From Amoebidium appalachense (Eukaryota > Protista > Ichthyosporea): a stretch of 64,000 bases of DNA. Positions 1 to 37,622 of this stretch are shown here, piece after piece; the stretch's first letter is position 1, and each line of letters starts with the position of its first letter. The position numbers were made by a program, and so were the translations under genes. Location of the stretch: NCBI GenBank assembly GCA_963693365.1, contig CAVNZM010000012.1, positions 7,142,889 through 7,206,888 of the forward strand, read 5' to 3'. The notes below the pieces were generated by a model that saw only the letters and a list, made by a program, of their open reading frames with translations, did no database searches and had not been told where the DNA came from.

Positions 1-219
1 CTTTATCCACAACATGTCTATTAGGGGTGTATAAATATGAACATGTAGTCTACAGACCAATGGTCTTTTGTTCCTGCTACGGTAATCACTTGATGCCTAA
101 GATGTCTAAATATGGACTGTAGACCATATGAACCATATGTTTACAGTTGAAAGGCGGCTTCTATTCAATTTATTTCCTTTTCGTGTTTCCTCTATGGCCT
201 GACGTGCTGTTAACCTCAG

Positions 220-9347
<9,128 letters not shown>

Positions 9348-9947
9348 GCGAAATCGAACCCGGGGCCCGGGTGAGCCAGCACATCCTCGTGTACATAAGA
9401 AAATATCAGGGACAAAACATGTGTTTTCCTGTTGTGTTGCTTCTGTAACTGAACGCAGCTCGATATTTAACACATACAAATAGATATTATGATCGATTGC
9501 AATGTTCGGTTCCGGGTTTGCGAGATTCTTATACTAGTATGATGTTCATGCCTCCCTTAATCCCTTGATGGCTCGAACGAAATATAGTACAACTCGAAGT
9601 ATTGTACATGCATATTATGTGCTACAACATAAAGTCACGTTTTAGTCTGGTTTTCTCCCTGCTATTAAAAATGTCTGTGCTTTTTTCTTCAGCGGAAATA
9701 TGTACTGCTAAACCATTAGCTTTATAACCAAGTTTAGCTGTGTGCAGTGTGTTAGCTTTGTCTTGAGATATAACCGGTTGTTCGGTGTTGTGGGGCAGTT
9801 TCTTGAACGGCCAGGTGCTGTGTGCAAAATTTTCCCTTCCCAACTTGTTCACTAATACACACCACAAGCCTCCAGAAACCCGAATTCGGACTCGTTCGTC
9901 TTCCAACGGTCATATCATGATTGGGCGTACACCTATTCTCAAGAACG

Positions 9948-9997
<50 letters not shown>

Positions 9998-10380
9998 AAT
10001 GTTTCCTGTGTAGGCTTTCTTCTGTCTGCGAGGTTTCCACCTCTATGAATCGTTTGTAATACCCGCCTCCCCCCACCCACCCACCCACACATACACACAA
10101 AAACACACGCATGTAAAAACGCACATATCCTCGTGCCCGACCCCTGAACTCGGGTGCACTTAAGCTTGCCTCCCTTTGTGCATTGTTCTCCCATATATAG
10201 GCAACTTCTTTTGCTCAAATCGGATTGGCAAAAAGAAAAATTTATCAATACCATATTCCCCTGCCCCTTACAAGTTGTTTCCCTTGCTTGCTACCTTTTA
10301 TCCCTTCCGTGACTTATTACTTTTTTCTCTAGTGAATTGCTTTTGCTTTCTCTTACCTTTTTTTCCCGTCTGTGCCTACG

Positions 10381-10433
<53 letters not shown>

Positions 10434-11169
10434 GTGCGTGCATGCGTTCGAAGATCTTGTTACAGTGCGCGTCCGAGCTTGTCTCACATCTACGATCGCG
10501 GACTTGTTCCGAATACGATGCGAAATTTTGTCTTTGTGAGGTTTTTTGGTCACATGACCACTGCATTTCAATTTGGCGCCAAATTTGAATCAAGGAAAGC
10601 CTGTGCTTGACATGTCAGTGTTGGTGCTTACTCCTTGCGCTTATGAACACTCACCTCTGTAAAACACTTGTGCGAAATCAGACTCGCATATCATTCCGGC
10701 TGTTAACTCTCGCTGTATACTTTGGCGACGCAACCTTATTATTGTTGAGCTCTACATTTTTCTTCCAAGAAATTTTGGATTCTGCTTTTCCTCCGCTCAG
10801 TTATAAGGCTTTCTTTACTGCCTACTGCTCCCTACTACAAGGGTAACTTCAAGCATTTTTTTCGAGTTCTAGATCTGAGACCGCATTAGGTGTCATTTCT
10901 GTAAACTGCTACAGCATATCAGGTGCTGAAACATCTAAGTGCTACATTGCAAGCCATATAATGTGATCATTGAATTGTCATTCACTTAAAGCGAACGGCT
11001 GTCTTATGAAAACGAAAACAGTTTAAGCTGGCGGTAGGCCATAGGAGGTGACGATGGATAATGGTAATCCAGAACAACCCGAAGGTGCGACACCTAATGC
11101 CTCCCCCCTCCCCCCTCCTCCCCCCTCCCCGCCCCCCCCTCCCTCTCCCCCCGCCCCTTCCTCCCCCTT

Positions 11170-11200
<31 letters not shown>

Positions 11201-11620
11201 CAACAACACACACACAAACGCACACTCTGACACACACACACACGCCCTGCAAATACCGTCTTTCATCTGTTTTTCGCCTACTCTTCGCAGCCTGTAACGG
11301 TCAACCCCGCTAACTTCACTAGACTGTTTTGCCAGAGAACCCATCTCGGTGACGTTTTTCTTGTTAGATCCAATATAATTGTTTATTCTTTTTTTTTTTA
11401 TGACTTTAATGAGATGCTCACAGGATATGATTGTTAAAGTCTTAAATGCAAACATCTAAGCCGTATGAGTTGCGAGAAGCTGCACGTCAAACGGATTCTC
11501 ATGTTACTTCGCCGGATGCTTTTACATGGCGTTAATGCATGTATTTGCACGTGACTTTATTTCGTGTATGTTCAATAATGTAGCACGAAAAACCAAGTGT
11601 ACAGGCGATCGAAGGTATAG

Positions 11621-11689
<69 letters not shown>

Positions 11690-11718
11690 CGTGCGCGCTT
11701 TGCGTGCGCAATTACATA

Positions 11719-11763
<45 letters not shown>

Positions 11764-11957
11764 CGTGTATGTTTCTTTTTAGGGGCATTGATGGGGAAGT
11801 ACTGAGACAGAAAGAGGTGTAAGCGCTTAGGGACACGATCACGAAGGTGGGCGTGGGTAGGGTATGGGGGAGAAAGGTGGGGGGGGGGAGGGGAGAGGGG
11901 GGGAGATTAGCAAAATGGAGTGCTGTAGCAAGAAGCTTATATCTTCTCATGATGCAG

Positions 11958-25955
<13,998 letters not shown>

Positions 25956-26296
25956 ATCTCTTCAAGGCAGCCAAGCTCACTTGGGAGGAGGAGGCATCGG
26001 CAATTAGAAGTGCTGAGAGGGCTCCAGAGTTTTTAATTTAGAGGAAATCTGTGGTGCATGGAGCTTGCTGTGTTTGTATGGGATGAATGGGTGGCTGTGT
26101 GCGTACCCATCCCATTTACACTGTCGATGGTTCTGATTTGTTGCTCGGCAAAATGAAGTTTGACCTTGTAGATGAAAGGAGGGACATCATTCTGCATTGC
26201 TCGTTTCTAAGCTGAAGTGTTATTCGGCTAGTTCTGACATTCACCCGTGTAGTTCTTAGAGAGGTCCCTGTGTTCTCCTTAATGTGGCATCATGTT

Positions 26297-26418
<122 letters not shown>

Positions 26419-26985
26419 CTCTCCCTCCCTCTTCTTTCCCTCTCTTTTTCAGTTGTTGTTGCATTCAAGGTATTCTCTCGGTTATTTGATTACACACGTG
26501 CACACATTTCCTTTTTTGGACTTGAAAGTCTTCATTAGATGAATTCTTATTACCAACAAAAATTACGGAAATTCAAATACTGGTGTGTGGCATATGTAGT
26601 GACCACAGTTGCTGGTGGTAGCTACCGCGCATGCGCAGATGACTTTTTCTTGGTAGACATGGTATCAATCAAGCCTCTGGGAACTTAAAAGAATCAAAGT
26701 TTACGTATATACGTATATTGCGGCTTTTAGAGCCACGTGCATGCATGACTTGGCGGCTTTCTAGAGAAATGGAACTCGCACGGTTTATAGAGTAATGGAT
26801 GTCATGATACTTAGAATTATTGCTAGCACTTAAAGCATGTTAATATACGCACTGGCCGGTCGCCTAAAAGAACGGTGAAATACAACTTGGCAAATGGCAT
26901 GCCATGCTGCAGCTGGCTGCATCCCATCTTTGAGGCTAACGTTAACGAACCATGATATCCCCCCCCCCCCCCCCCCCCCCCCCCA

Positions 26986-27059
<74 letters not shown>

Positions 27060-29476
27060 GCGTGCGCGCACACGCACACACACACACACACACAATCCCA
27101 AAACGTTTCCGGTCTCATATATTGGTGTGATCAAGGGTTTGACCTTGCAATAAGTTGTCATAGTAACTTAGGCTACCTATTAAATACGGCTATGCGAGCT
27201 TAGTATTACGCATATCGCCTAGTGTACATGTATACTGTATTCTTCCCCTATGATCCAATGGTTACATATTATGAGATGTTTTAAATTTATATATTCGAAA
27301 AGCCCGGTGCTTCTCAGCTGCAGCCTGGACATGCATGCATACATTCGAAGGGCACGCTTGTAATACATGCGTGTATTGACACACACATGACAAACAACGA
27401 CGTTTAATTATTTATGCATGCAAGTATCCTCAAATCCCCTCTTCTAGCCCCAAAATCAAGCACGCCGCATTTTCTTTGGCTGAGGGGTAGGCTCAAACAG
27501 AACCTCAGTCACTCCCTTTCCCGACACCGCTTGTATCGGCAAGAAAAAAAGTCACCCAACCGTTTCGAAATTCCTCGTGGCGCACCATGGCCAACGCACA
27601 CATCTCGATCAAAGCCCAGGTGTCTGGCTTAGATTTACCGCGCTCTGACCCACCAGCTTCAAAACAACTTAATTGGTGAGTCACGCACCACACGAACAGA
27701 TTTGATTGGTCAGATCTATTTTGTATTTGCACCCGCTATGCCATGCAACTTTAACAAGTCTAGCTAGGTGTGTGTGATACTCAAGGAAGCTTTTGGCTTA
27801 TCTAGAATTAAATGCGTTTAAAAAAAATATTACTTATAATTCCACTCATGTCTGCCTCTTTTCTCCATGTACGGATACGAAACGGGGCTCCCATTGAGCC
27901 TCCCAACAAAGTAGACAATAGAATACTACCATATTTGGGCATGGCGCCAAATCGATCTAGAGGAATGTAAAGCGTGCCAATTACTATTATTAGGGCCTCA
28001 TCGCTCACGTGGCTGGATTGATCGCGCAAGGGCAGCTTACAAGCATACCATAGCCGAGCATAAATATGAAGCATGGTGTAATTAGGTAGAGCAAATATTT
28101 TATAAATGATATATGTAAACAAAAGCACTGTTTATAAGGTTTTTTCCCGTAACATTATGTATTTACTTGTGCATAAAGGGTCAGGTTCAAGTTAGTATAT
28201 ACTCTACGTTTGATAACCGATCCGTGGCACCTGTACAGTGCGTGTGCTCGCATCCGACACACAGGCTTTCCACGTAGCTCCAATTGAACCAAACACAGCC
28301 GATTCTTTGCACACTTTCTTTGGATATCGGCCATGCATGAGCTTGCCGACTCTTGCTATCGCTAACAGAGAGGCAGTCAATAGTCCATTGATATTACTGC
28401 TCTTTGCATGCATAATCCAGTGGTTGAATTCGAGGAAGGAGCCTTGTTTTGGTAGTTGAATATTCATGTAGCGACAGGCCCGAGCTGTATGTCAATTTTC
28501 TCTCTGCTTTGGGTTCTATATTAGCCCTGAATTCATACTTCTGTGTCGCACTGTGTCGTTTATTTTTGCCCGTGTAGCAATGTCTTGTACAACACCTCCG
28601 TATGTGTGGTAACCCATGAACCACCTGACCACCGTGTGTTATGAAAAACACAATCATTCAGTGCATACATGTATTATATCAGTGACCCACTATTGTAGAC
28701 ATTTTTTGTTCAGGCTAACTTTCTTGCAGCCAAAATTCGAACTCAGTAAAGGAAAGCATAAGACACAACATCATAAGACACAACAACACCATTTCAAGTG
28801 GCAAGTCTGGGGAGTTTTTGAGTGTAGACCTTGCGAATTTTTAAAGTCACCACGACCAAGGAAGCCCGAATTGCAAGGTATTGTAAATCGATGGTGTTTT
28901 GCACATGTGTCTAATGTAGCGGGCCTAATTCATCAGAATCATGTGCGCACTTGCATACAGACATTATTTATGTGTGTACGTGCATGTGGGGGCACTACAT
29001 ACACACACGTGACGCACAGTTTTGAAATTCACGCACAATCCTATCATGCTACATATATATTCACCTATGCACATCGTAACAACTTTTGCACCTCTCTCAC
29101 GGTGCTACACACGGGTGTGGCATGTGTGGATTAGTCATACATCGTGCGGGACCCTCAACATACCTTGAAATTTTCTGTTAATAGTTTACATACACAGGCA
29201 TAACTAATAGACGCACACTGTTCCAGTTACAAATGTATGTGCTGATGCGCTGCCTGACTGAACTTCTAAACCCTATGTCACCCTAAATTGGTACTATACT
29301 ATATGGCCGTTAGAAACCGAGAAAGGAAGAATACGGGGGTAGAGTTATGAAAGATATTGGAGGGGGCGTTTACTGCTTTTTCCGCACCAAGTTTTAGGTC
29401 ATATTTGAATCATGTATTGCTCCCCACGTGTGAACTTTTGCCGTTATAGTATTTTTAAGTTTTTTTTTTTTTTTTT

Positions 29477-29520
<44 letters not shown>

Positions 29521-30871
29521 TAGTGTGGAATCGCAAGTGTGTCGGAGAGATGTAGTGATGTGTGATGGTGGAGAGATGCAGTGATGTGTGTGTGGGAAGG
29601 TGCACGGGGGGGGGGGAGGGGGGGGGAAGGGGGGGTCCTATGGGCACGCGAGTGTGTGTGTGTGTTGGGGGGGGGGGGGGGGAAGGGTTGGGGCGCGGGG
29701 GGAGGGGGGGGGGAGGGAGGGGGTTGGTGTGTGGGCTTCTGACTTTCAGTAACAAACGTGTGCTACGGTGTGTGTCCATTACTTTGGGTGTCACGGTGCA
29801 GAGGGGTGACCCCTCAAAACACTGTTATAATAGTTCCAAAAAAATTTCTAATCATTTTTCCGAAATTTCAAGTTCAGAAGCGTTTCAGTGAACTGATTCA
29901 TTGTTTCCCGTTTATGTCTTAACTGCTCTTCGAAACCCTGAGTTTCTTTTTTTTATTTTCTTTTTTTTGTGGGGGGGTGGGGTGGAGGGGGGAGGGGAGG
30001 GGAAAGGGGGGGGAGGGGGAGGGAGGGGAGGGGGGGGGGGGGGGGGGGGGAGGGCACCTTGATGTGGTACACACGTGAATTATTATCGCCCTGGCGTGCT
30101 CTGTGCAGCATATCTTGAACCTAAAATTGATGGGTTTGAGCACGTGTGTGAACTGAGACGTGTGTGCGCAACACCGTGCACATGTCTCACCGCACTTGCA
30201 CCTGCACGTACGTGCACGACGTGTGCCGGGTGGTGTGGGTTCGGTATTTCTGTGTGTCACTGAAGATGTGTGCGCGCGCGCGTGTGTGTGTGTGTGTGTT
30301 TTTGTGTTGTGCTTGCCACCGAATACCCTGGTGTGTGACATACGATATGCATACGCCACGTGTCGCCATGTGTGTCTTTTAGATTGTGCTTGTTCCCTCA
30401 CGGTTTTAACTCTAGATCTTGTGCATGTATTATGTATCCCTACAAGTGTCAGCTCCATGCAATGTGTGCACTGCAATCTATTCGTGCCCGTCTCTCTGGG
30501 TAGGGTGCGCATTCTGAAGTGCCTGCATATCTAGATATGAAATGATTTTTAGTTGCACACAACTCCCAAATGACCATGACATAACTCTGCCCACCCATGT
30601 CCAGGTATCCCATGCGAACGCTATAAGGGCTTTTGTCACCGTTTGGAATCATTTTAACTCCTCATTTGAAAGTATGTGCAAGCTTGTGTTTTCCTATGGC
30701 AACACGCTCGCCCGAATTCCGCAAACTCGAACTAACCAACCAACCCACCCACCCACCCACCCACCCAAACTCAATCCAGATTGAAATTGCATACGACGAC
30801 AGGCCCAACCCACTGACCCACTCATGGGATTTCACTGAATAACCGTCAAAGTCACGTGCACATTTCCAAAA

Positions 30872-33800
30872 ATGGCAACCGGTGCCCCGGAAAACGGGCA
30901 CCTGCCCATTGCCATGCGCAGGAGCGCGGCGCGGATAAATTCCGGAATGTCATCCCCCGATACCCCCCGATCACCAGCGATAAATACATCTACACCCCCC
31001 TTTTCTATCCCTATATTGTTCCCTGCGCCACCACCAATTGAATGTATTCCGAACGAAATTCATCTTCCGAGCCCCACAGAGTCTAGTTGCTCGCACGGGA
31101 CAACGGAAGAAGAGCATGCTCTGCTCAACGGGCAGGGGTTTTTCAGTGCCGTTGATGGAAATTCGTCGGATATGAGCCCCACCCCATCACAGGAATCCAT
31201 AGATCAAACTTCGGACGGAAGAGAAAACATTTATCCCGTAGTGCCACGAAAATTGCGCAAAAGGAGTCAAACGGAAAGCAGACACGGTAGCTCCCGGCTC
31301 TCCCAAAACTATGAACCCGCCTCCGAAAATTCCAGAAGTTCAAGAATGAGCCAGATGGAAAGGGCAAACGCGAGAAAACGGTCTTCGTCTCTCGGTGCTA
31401 CGGGGAGGGCTAAGGGGAACAAGAACGTCAAAACGAGGCCCAGGAGCGGAAGCCGGAGCAAGAGAGATATGGATGTTCTGAGGAGGGCTAGGGTGAGCAC
31501 AGAGATGCAAGCAGAGTTAATAATTCAATATATCGACCAATTGTTTCCCACGAGCCCGTCATCCAATAGCGACGCTTCGATGGATTCCTTATTGAGCGAC
31601 GCCGGGTTGAGATCGCCGTCTTTCCCGTTTTCCCTCCCGCCCCCCCCGCCTTCGGATGAAAATGAAAATCATGATAATCATGAAAATTATGAAAATTTGA
31701 CGCAGCCTGATAGTCCCCCCCTGTTTCACACGGGGACGGTTAAGGCACAGGTTTCACAGTGGGAACGCCGAGCGGTGGCACGGAAAGATTCCCCCGCAGC
31801 GAAAATTCGAAGAGTGAAGAAAAAGGGACTCGAAGTTAAAACCCCCCCAAAAACGCAAACGGGAACGGAGACAGACCCCGAGAGCGAAGATTGGCAAAGG
31901 GTCGACCCAAATACGAAAAGCGGAAATTCAACTGCGGACAATTCGCAAATGGACCTGCTTGAGGATAAACCCCCCCAAGCACCAAATTTCGCAGCTTCAT
32001 CTACTCAACCGGTTCCTCCAGTGGGGGAAAACGACCCAAAAACCAACGTGCTTTCGGAAAATTCAAATTCGGAGGGGGGTAAATCATCCTCACCGGAAAT
32101 TAGTCCCGATGGGGTAGATCTGCAAGAAGTTGCTCAGATTCTATTGGCTGGGGCCAAGGAGTCGTATCATGGTGGCGCCCAGAGGAATTTGTCCGAATCT
32201 ATTCCAAGGACTTTTGCAACACAGGTACTTTCCTCTCCCTTCCCCCCTCCCACCCACCTCTGCCCCTCCTCCCACTCACCCGCTCCCTCCCCCCTCTCCC
32301 CATTCACCCCCTTCGTCCTCCCCTTCCGCCCCCCTCATCCTCCTCCCCCCCCACCCCCCCCCCCCCCCCCCCCCCCCCCGCCGCCCCCCACTCTTCTCGC
32401 CCCTCCCCCCCCCCCCCCCACCCCCCGCCTCCCCTCCCCTTTCCTCATCCACATACACACGACCACCAGCACCACCAACAACCCATTCCCCCGGTTCCTC
32501 CCTCCTGCATTAGGGGATCTTTCTTTGATTACTCTCCCCTCTCCTTACCAACTCTCCACCCGTTGTTCTTTGTCAGAGGTAATAAGTGTGTTGGCGGGTG
32601 GATGGTGGGTATGCCAACAAAGATGCAGGAATGCCACGATAGAGAACGGTAGCATGACCCCTTCGTTTTTTTCTCGGGTGTGCTGGGGGGAGAAGGGAAA
32701 GGGGTTTTTTTTTTTTTTTTTTTTTTTTTTTTGGGGGGGGGGGGGGGGGTGGAGGGGAGGGGGGAGGGGGGGGGGGGGAGGGGGCGGGGGGCGAGGGTGT
32801 GTGTGTGTGTGGGGGAGGGGGGGGTTTGAGGCAAATAACGGTGAAAGTAAGAACAAACGTGAAATCTATCAAAGTTATGGATGTGGTGGTGGGAGTAACG
32901 TGACTTACGGATCCGTCCCCAACCCAAAAGGAGCCGCCGCGGGAAACCCAATCAGCACGCGACAGCCCAGCCGGATCGCGGCGCTCCAGCGAACAAGTGA
33001 AACCGGAACAGTGCGATCCAAGTCCCCTCGAGCCCCCCCGCACCGCTACAACCCCCACACCCAAGGGGCTTTTTTCGTTTTCTCGCTCCGGGAAATCCCA
33101 ACACTCCCCCCCGCCCAGCCGAAAAGGAAGCAAAACGAATTCGAGTACTTTATCTTTCCAATCATTCTTGAAGGCGGTGGCGAATATTACGGAAAACGAA
33201 ACAGATTTGCAAAAATCCCCCCTTCACAGCCAACACACGTCCCCACATCACAGCCAGAAAGAGCTCGAGCACATACACCCCCGCGATCTGCCGAAGAAAT
33301 CACCCGTGGAGAAGATATTTTCGGGAATATCCGGTATGAAAAATCCAAAAACGTCGAACTCTCCCACCCCAGCGGATGCATCAGAGAAGGAAACGAGCCC
33401 GAACCCCACACGTCGCCACAGCATCAGTAAAAGCTACACGCTGAGCACTGGGAAAGCCGTTGGGCCCGCGTCGCTTTTCTCCGTGTATGAACCCCCCCCA
33501 CCACACCCACCGGCAAATTCGCACGAACAAGAAGAAACAAAAACAAGGCGAGATTCCACACCGGTAGTGGAACTTTTACGCCGGGGGAGCCGAGAGCTCT
33601 TTTCATTGGGTTGCGTGAGCGCGCCGGCTGAATCCGCTGCTGCAGATGATTCGTCGAAAATTCCGGTAAAATCCCCTCAAAATTCCGGAATCGCACGGAG
33701 TCACTCTACGTCATCCCGTCTAGCCGTGAGCCTCGGAACAAGAAAACGTCCCTCTGCGGCTGGAATTACCTCAGTCTCCCCAACCTCGCCTACAGATTCG

Positions 33801-34159
33801 ACGAACCGTCGCGTTAGCGCGGATTCCAAATCGGGAATTCTCCTACCCACCCACCCCACACGTATCACAAACGAATCCCTTCCTGCACCCCCCTCCTCTC
33901 CTCCTTTTTCAGGGAATGGAGGGGGCGGGGGGGATTCAGGGTCGCGCCGAAATTCCGTCTCCCCAGACTCTCCGCTCCCCCCCCCGCCCGTAAATGTCGA
34001 GGCGTTGCTGATGGAGGGAGATATGCACAAGGAGGTGAAGGCCGCTTTTTTCCGGTTTTTGGATGAGGAGATGTCTAGGGAGAACATCCTCTACTACTAC
34101 AAGTGCAAACGGTTTTTGCAGCGGCTCGAAAAGAACAAGGCAACTCCTCGGGTACAGAT

Positions 34160-34215
<56 letters not shown>

Positions 34216-34499
34216 ACACACACACGGGGTCTACTGATGATGCATGCTCTGTGTATGTGCTGTCTTTGTGCAAGATATGAATAGTGTTGTCCTACGTGAG
34301 TATTTACTTCTTACTCTGTAACTCATTTACATCCCCCCTTCCCCCTTCCCCCCCCCCCCCCCCCCCCCCCACCTGTCTACTCAGCCCCCCCCCCCACGCA
34401 CACTCAAACACACACGCACATGCACAGAAGAATTATCTCTCCCGGCCCCATTCTCCCATTCACTTTGCTAATAAATCCCTCCCTCCCTCCCCCCCCTCC

Positions 34500-34544
<45 letters not shown>

Positions 34545-35371
34545 TCACACACACACACACACACACACACATTCCCCTTCCCCCCATTCCCCTTCCCCCC
34601 AGCCCCACATTCCTCTTGTACCCTTTCGCCAAAACCCCTTCCACCACCCCTCAGCCCCTTCCCCCTCCCCGACCCACACACTCCCCGTACTCGCCTGCTT
34701 ACCCTAACCCTCTACCCCCCCCCCCCCCCCCCCCGCCCTCCTCCCCTTCCCCCTCCTCCTCCCCCCTTGCTCCAAAACAGGATGCAGAGGGCCTTTACCG
34801 CGAATTCATCGGCGACGAAGCAACCAACGAAGTCAACATCCCAAGCAAACTGCGCAAAAACATCACAGACGCAATGATTGCGCTAAGGGCAACATACAAA
34901 GACACGTCAAAACCCGACTCCGACGACATCGACAACCAACCAAATCCGACGCTCACCGACCCTCCGTCCAATGAAATGTCTCCGTCGCCTTCCCCGACGC
35001 TCTCTCCGTCCGTTTCGCAGAATGTTATTTCACGCGTCTACGAAACGTGTCCATGGGAATTCCCCTCCCCCCCTACCAGCACCGCTAACACAACAAGCAC
35101 AACAAGCACCACTACTCGCTCAAAAAGAACCGGTGCAAACTCCGGTTTTTCGAAACGCCGAAGCACATATCGATCGACGACTTATGACCCCGAGGCGTTG
35201 AAAAACGTCGGGAAAGCATTTGAAATTGCGCGGGATAACCTTTTGCATATGTTGCAGCAGGATACCTATCGGAGGTTTATCCGGCTTAGATATCCTCAGG
35301 TGTTGCTGGCGGCTGCGTCTCCGACCTCTCCGGATATCCAACACCGGGCCGAATTTTCGGCTGCGGCCTAA
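30872..35371 (+). CDS. RGS (regulator of G-protein signalling) domain protein with a long low-complexity N-terminus, ~1054 aa
   Basis: Exons 30872-32224, 32931-34151, 34781-35371 join in phase 0. The C-terminal RGS signature is AFFRFLDEEMSRENILYY...AEGLYREFIGDEATNEVNI...AFEIARDNLLHMLQQDTYRRF. The upstream ~800 aa are S/P/E-rich and look disordered. Confidence 0.85.
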
Positions 35372-35787
35372 TTAATCTAGGGAGCTGCAAGCAATGAAAT
35401 TGTGGCTATCTCTGTGGCGTTTCTTTCCTTTTTTCCTTTTTTCCCCTACAATTTTTTCAAAGTTGCTAAGTGTTGGCTTCTTTGTAGTACATACCGGGGT
35501 TTTCTTTAATTCTTCTTTTTCTTCTTCTTCTTTTTTAAGTTTATACAGGAATGTAATTTGCTATCCCAAAACAACCTCCTGTGAGCCATGTTAACCGTCT
35601 AGGGCATGAATAGTAATCTACTCAATGTAAACAGTTTATCTGATATGGCTGATCTGCCGATAAGGTCTTGGTGTTTTCATCATCATCCGGGTTAGTCGGA
35701 TGATTTTTTAGGGACTGGACTTCGGGCACTTAGACCAGTGACACTTGCACAAAAAACACTTCAATATGTGAATACATGCACGTGCTT

Positions 35788-35826
<39 letters not shown>

Positions 35827-35934
35827 GACATGTACCCATACACACACCGGTTGCACATACACACAAAGGCAGTCGAGCACAAACACATTTCACGGTTTGG
35901 AACTCGTAAATAGAAGTGGATCAGAAGGAGGTGG

Positions 35935-35969
<35 letters not shown>

Positions 35970-36946
35970 AGGAGGGGGGAAGGGGGATACTTGAGCCAGA
36001 AACACTACTATTGTTGCTATCTTTTTTATGTCGATGTTTATTTATACACCATAAATCATGGTTTGCCAAATCGATATATATTATATCTGTGTAGTCAATC
36101 TGTTATCGTCTTATCCTTGCACTTGAGTTTCTAACTGCCGTGTGTAATTTATAGCAATATCCCCAGTGTCAAAAGCCAAAAATAGTTCACCCAGTTAATC
36201 ATGCTACTCCTAAGGTGATGTTTTTGATTTAAATCATGAGCTTAATTTCAAGAAGTGCGAAATGCACCCGGCAATCCGATGGTTCGAATCAACCCCCCCC
36301 ACCTCCCCCCCCACCCCCACCCCACGCCCGCCCGCCTGCCCGCTTCTTCTTTTCTTTTTTGTAAATTGGTGGTTGTGGTGCCTTTTTTTTTTTTTCTTTT
36401 TTAGTTTTTTTTTATTATTTTTATATATTTTATTTTTGTGGGAGGGAAGGGGGCGTTGGGAGGGGGGGGGGGGGGGGGGGGGAGAGGGGAGGGGGGGGGA
36501 AGGGGAGGAACAAAACATGTGATGTGTTGTGTGTCGTGAATGTGAGGTTGTTACAGCTCTGAAATGCATACCACATCCTAATACCCCCCCCCCCCCCCCC
36601 CCCCCCCCCCCACACACACACACCAAACACACACACATCTAGATGTGCCACATCTTGGAGAATCCGGTTTTTAGCCATGCAAAAGCCCCCCGTGCACACA
36701 ACTTAGTTACCTCACACTAGTCTTCGGCTCTCTCCTGCAGCTCTAGCAGATGTATTTAGTCGCTCACACACACATACACAAACGTGAAGTTTATAGATGT
36801 ACACATGCACACCAGCCTATGCACACCAGCACTCACACTCACACTCACACACACACACACACACACACACAAAATCCACCAGGACCCGTGATGTAGCGCA
36901 CACACATGCATGCATACACATACGTGTTCACATGTGCGCGCCCATG

Positions 36947-36998
<52 letters not shown>

Positions 36999-37493
36999 TG
37001 CACTACATACACCCACTCTTCTCGTAGTTTAATTAGTATCACGAGTGGCATCAAGCCTTTATGCGTCATATAACAGGCAAGGGGGTCGTCACCACACCTG
37101 CACTCAGTCTTCTTCCATATACCCCCCCCTCCCCTTCCCCCCCCCCCCCCCCCCCCCTCCCCCCGTGCACCCCGCTCCACCAAAGACTCCCAGGTAGTAA
37201 CGATGTATCCCCAGAGCAGAAACAATAATTAGAAGGATTATATGCCTGGGATAACTGAATTACCGGCCAACCACTAATTCTACTTAACAGACAAAAAAAG
37301 GAATCGGTATCTAACCTCCATGCCCCCCCGGGTGTATAAATTGCACGATCATAACTATTGTTATTCGTGCGAGAGTGCATGCGTGGATACATGGTGTTAT
37401 GCATATGTTTTTTAGGGCATGCATCATGAACACATCTAAGATCTTAGAGCTAGAGGGTTGTTTGATACCACTTATTTATCTCATGCCCTTATT

Positions 37494-37622
37494 TAGTAAA
37501 CAAGCCACTATCTAATCCCCTTTAGATAGTAAACAAGCTACAACTTAACAACCATTTTGATAGTAAAGAAGCCGCATTCTAATATACCCAGGAACGAGTA
37601 AAGAAGACCATCGTCTAATAAC
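37494..37622. repeat. Degenerate 33-35-bp minisatellite, 4 units
   Basis: Core (t/g)agtaaa(c/g)aag starts at 37494, 37527, 37561 and 37596. Confidence 0.7.

Noticed and set aside
33-145. Imperfect inverted repeat (gtctacag / ctgtagac)
   Set aside because: Short, mismatched and near the window edge; not enough to call a MITE.
11048-11540. Candidate first exons of the SUN gene (MDNGNPEQPE at ~11054; MSCEKLHVK at ~11465)
   Set aside because: I could not join them with both a consistent phase and a good donor, so the start is left unresolved.
32225-33430. C-terminal half of the 852-aa ORF 30872-33430
   Set aside because: It runs through a poly-C/T/G intron. Splicing 32224>32931 switches to the frame that carries the RGS domain.
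36235-36300. GGTTCGAATC B-box-like motif suggesting a tRNA
   Set aside because: No T-stem, acceptor stem or cloverleaf pairing. The same applies to the reverse motif near 9350-9370.
37494-37622. CRISPR-like periodicity
   Set aside because: Eukaryotic context, only a ~10-bp conserved core, related intervening sequences and no cas genes.
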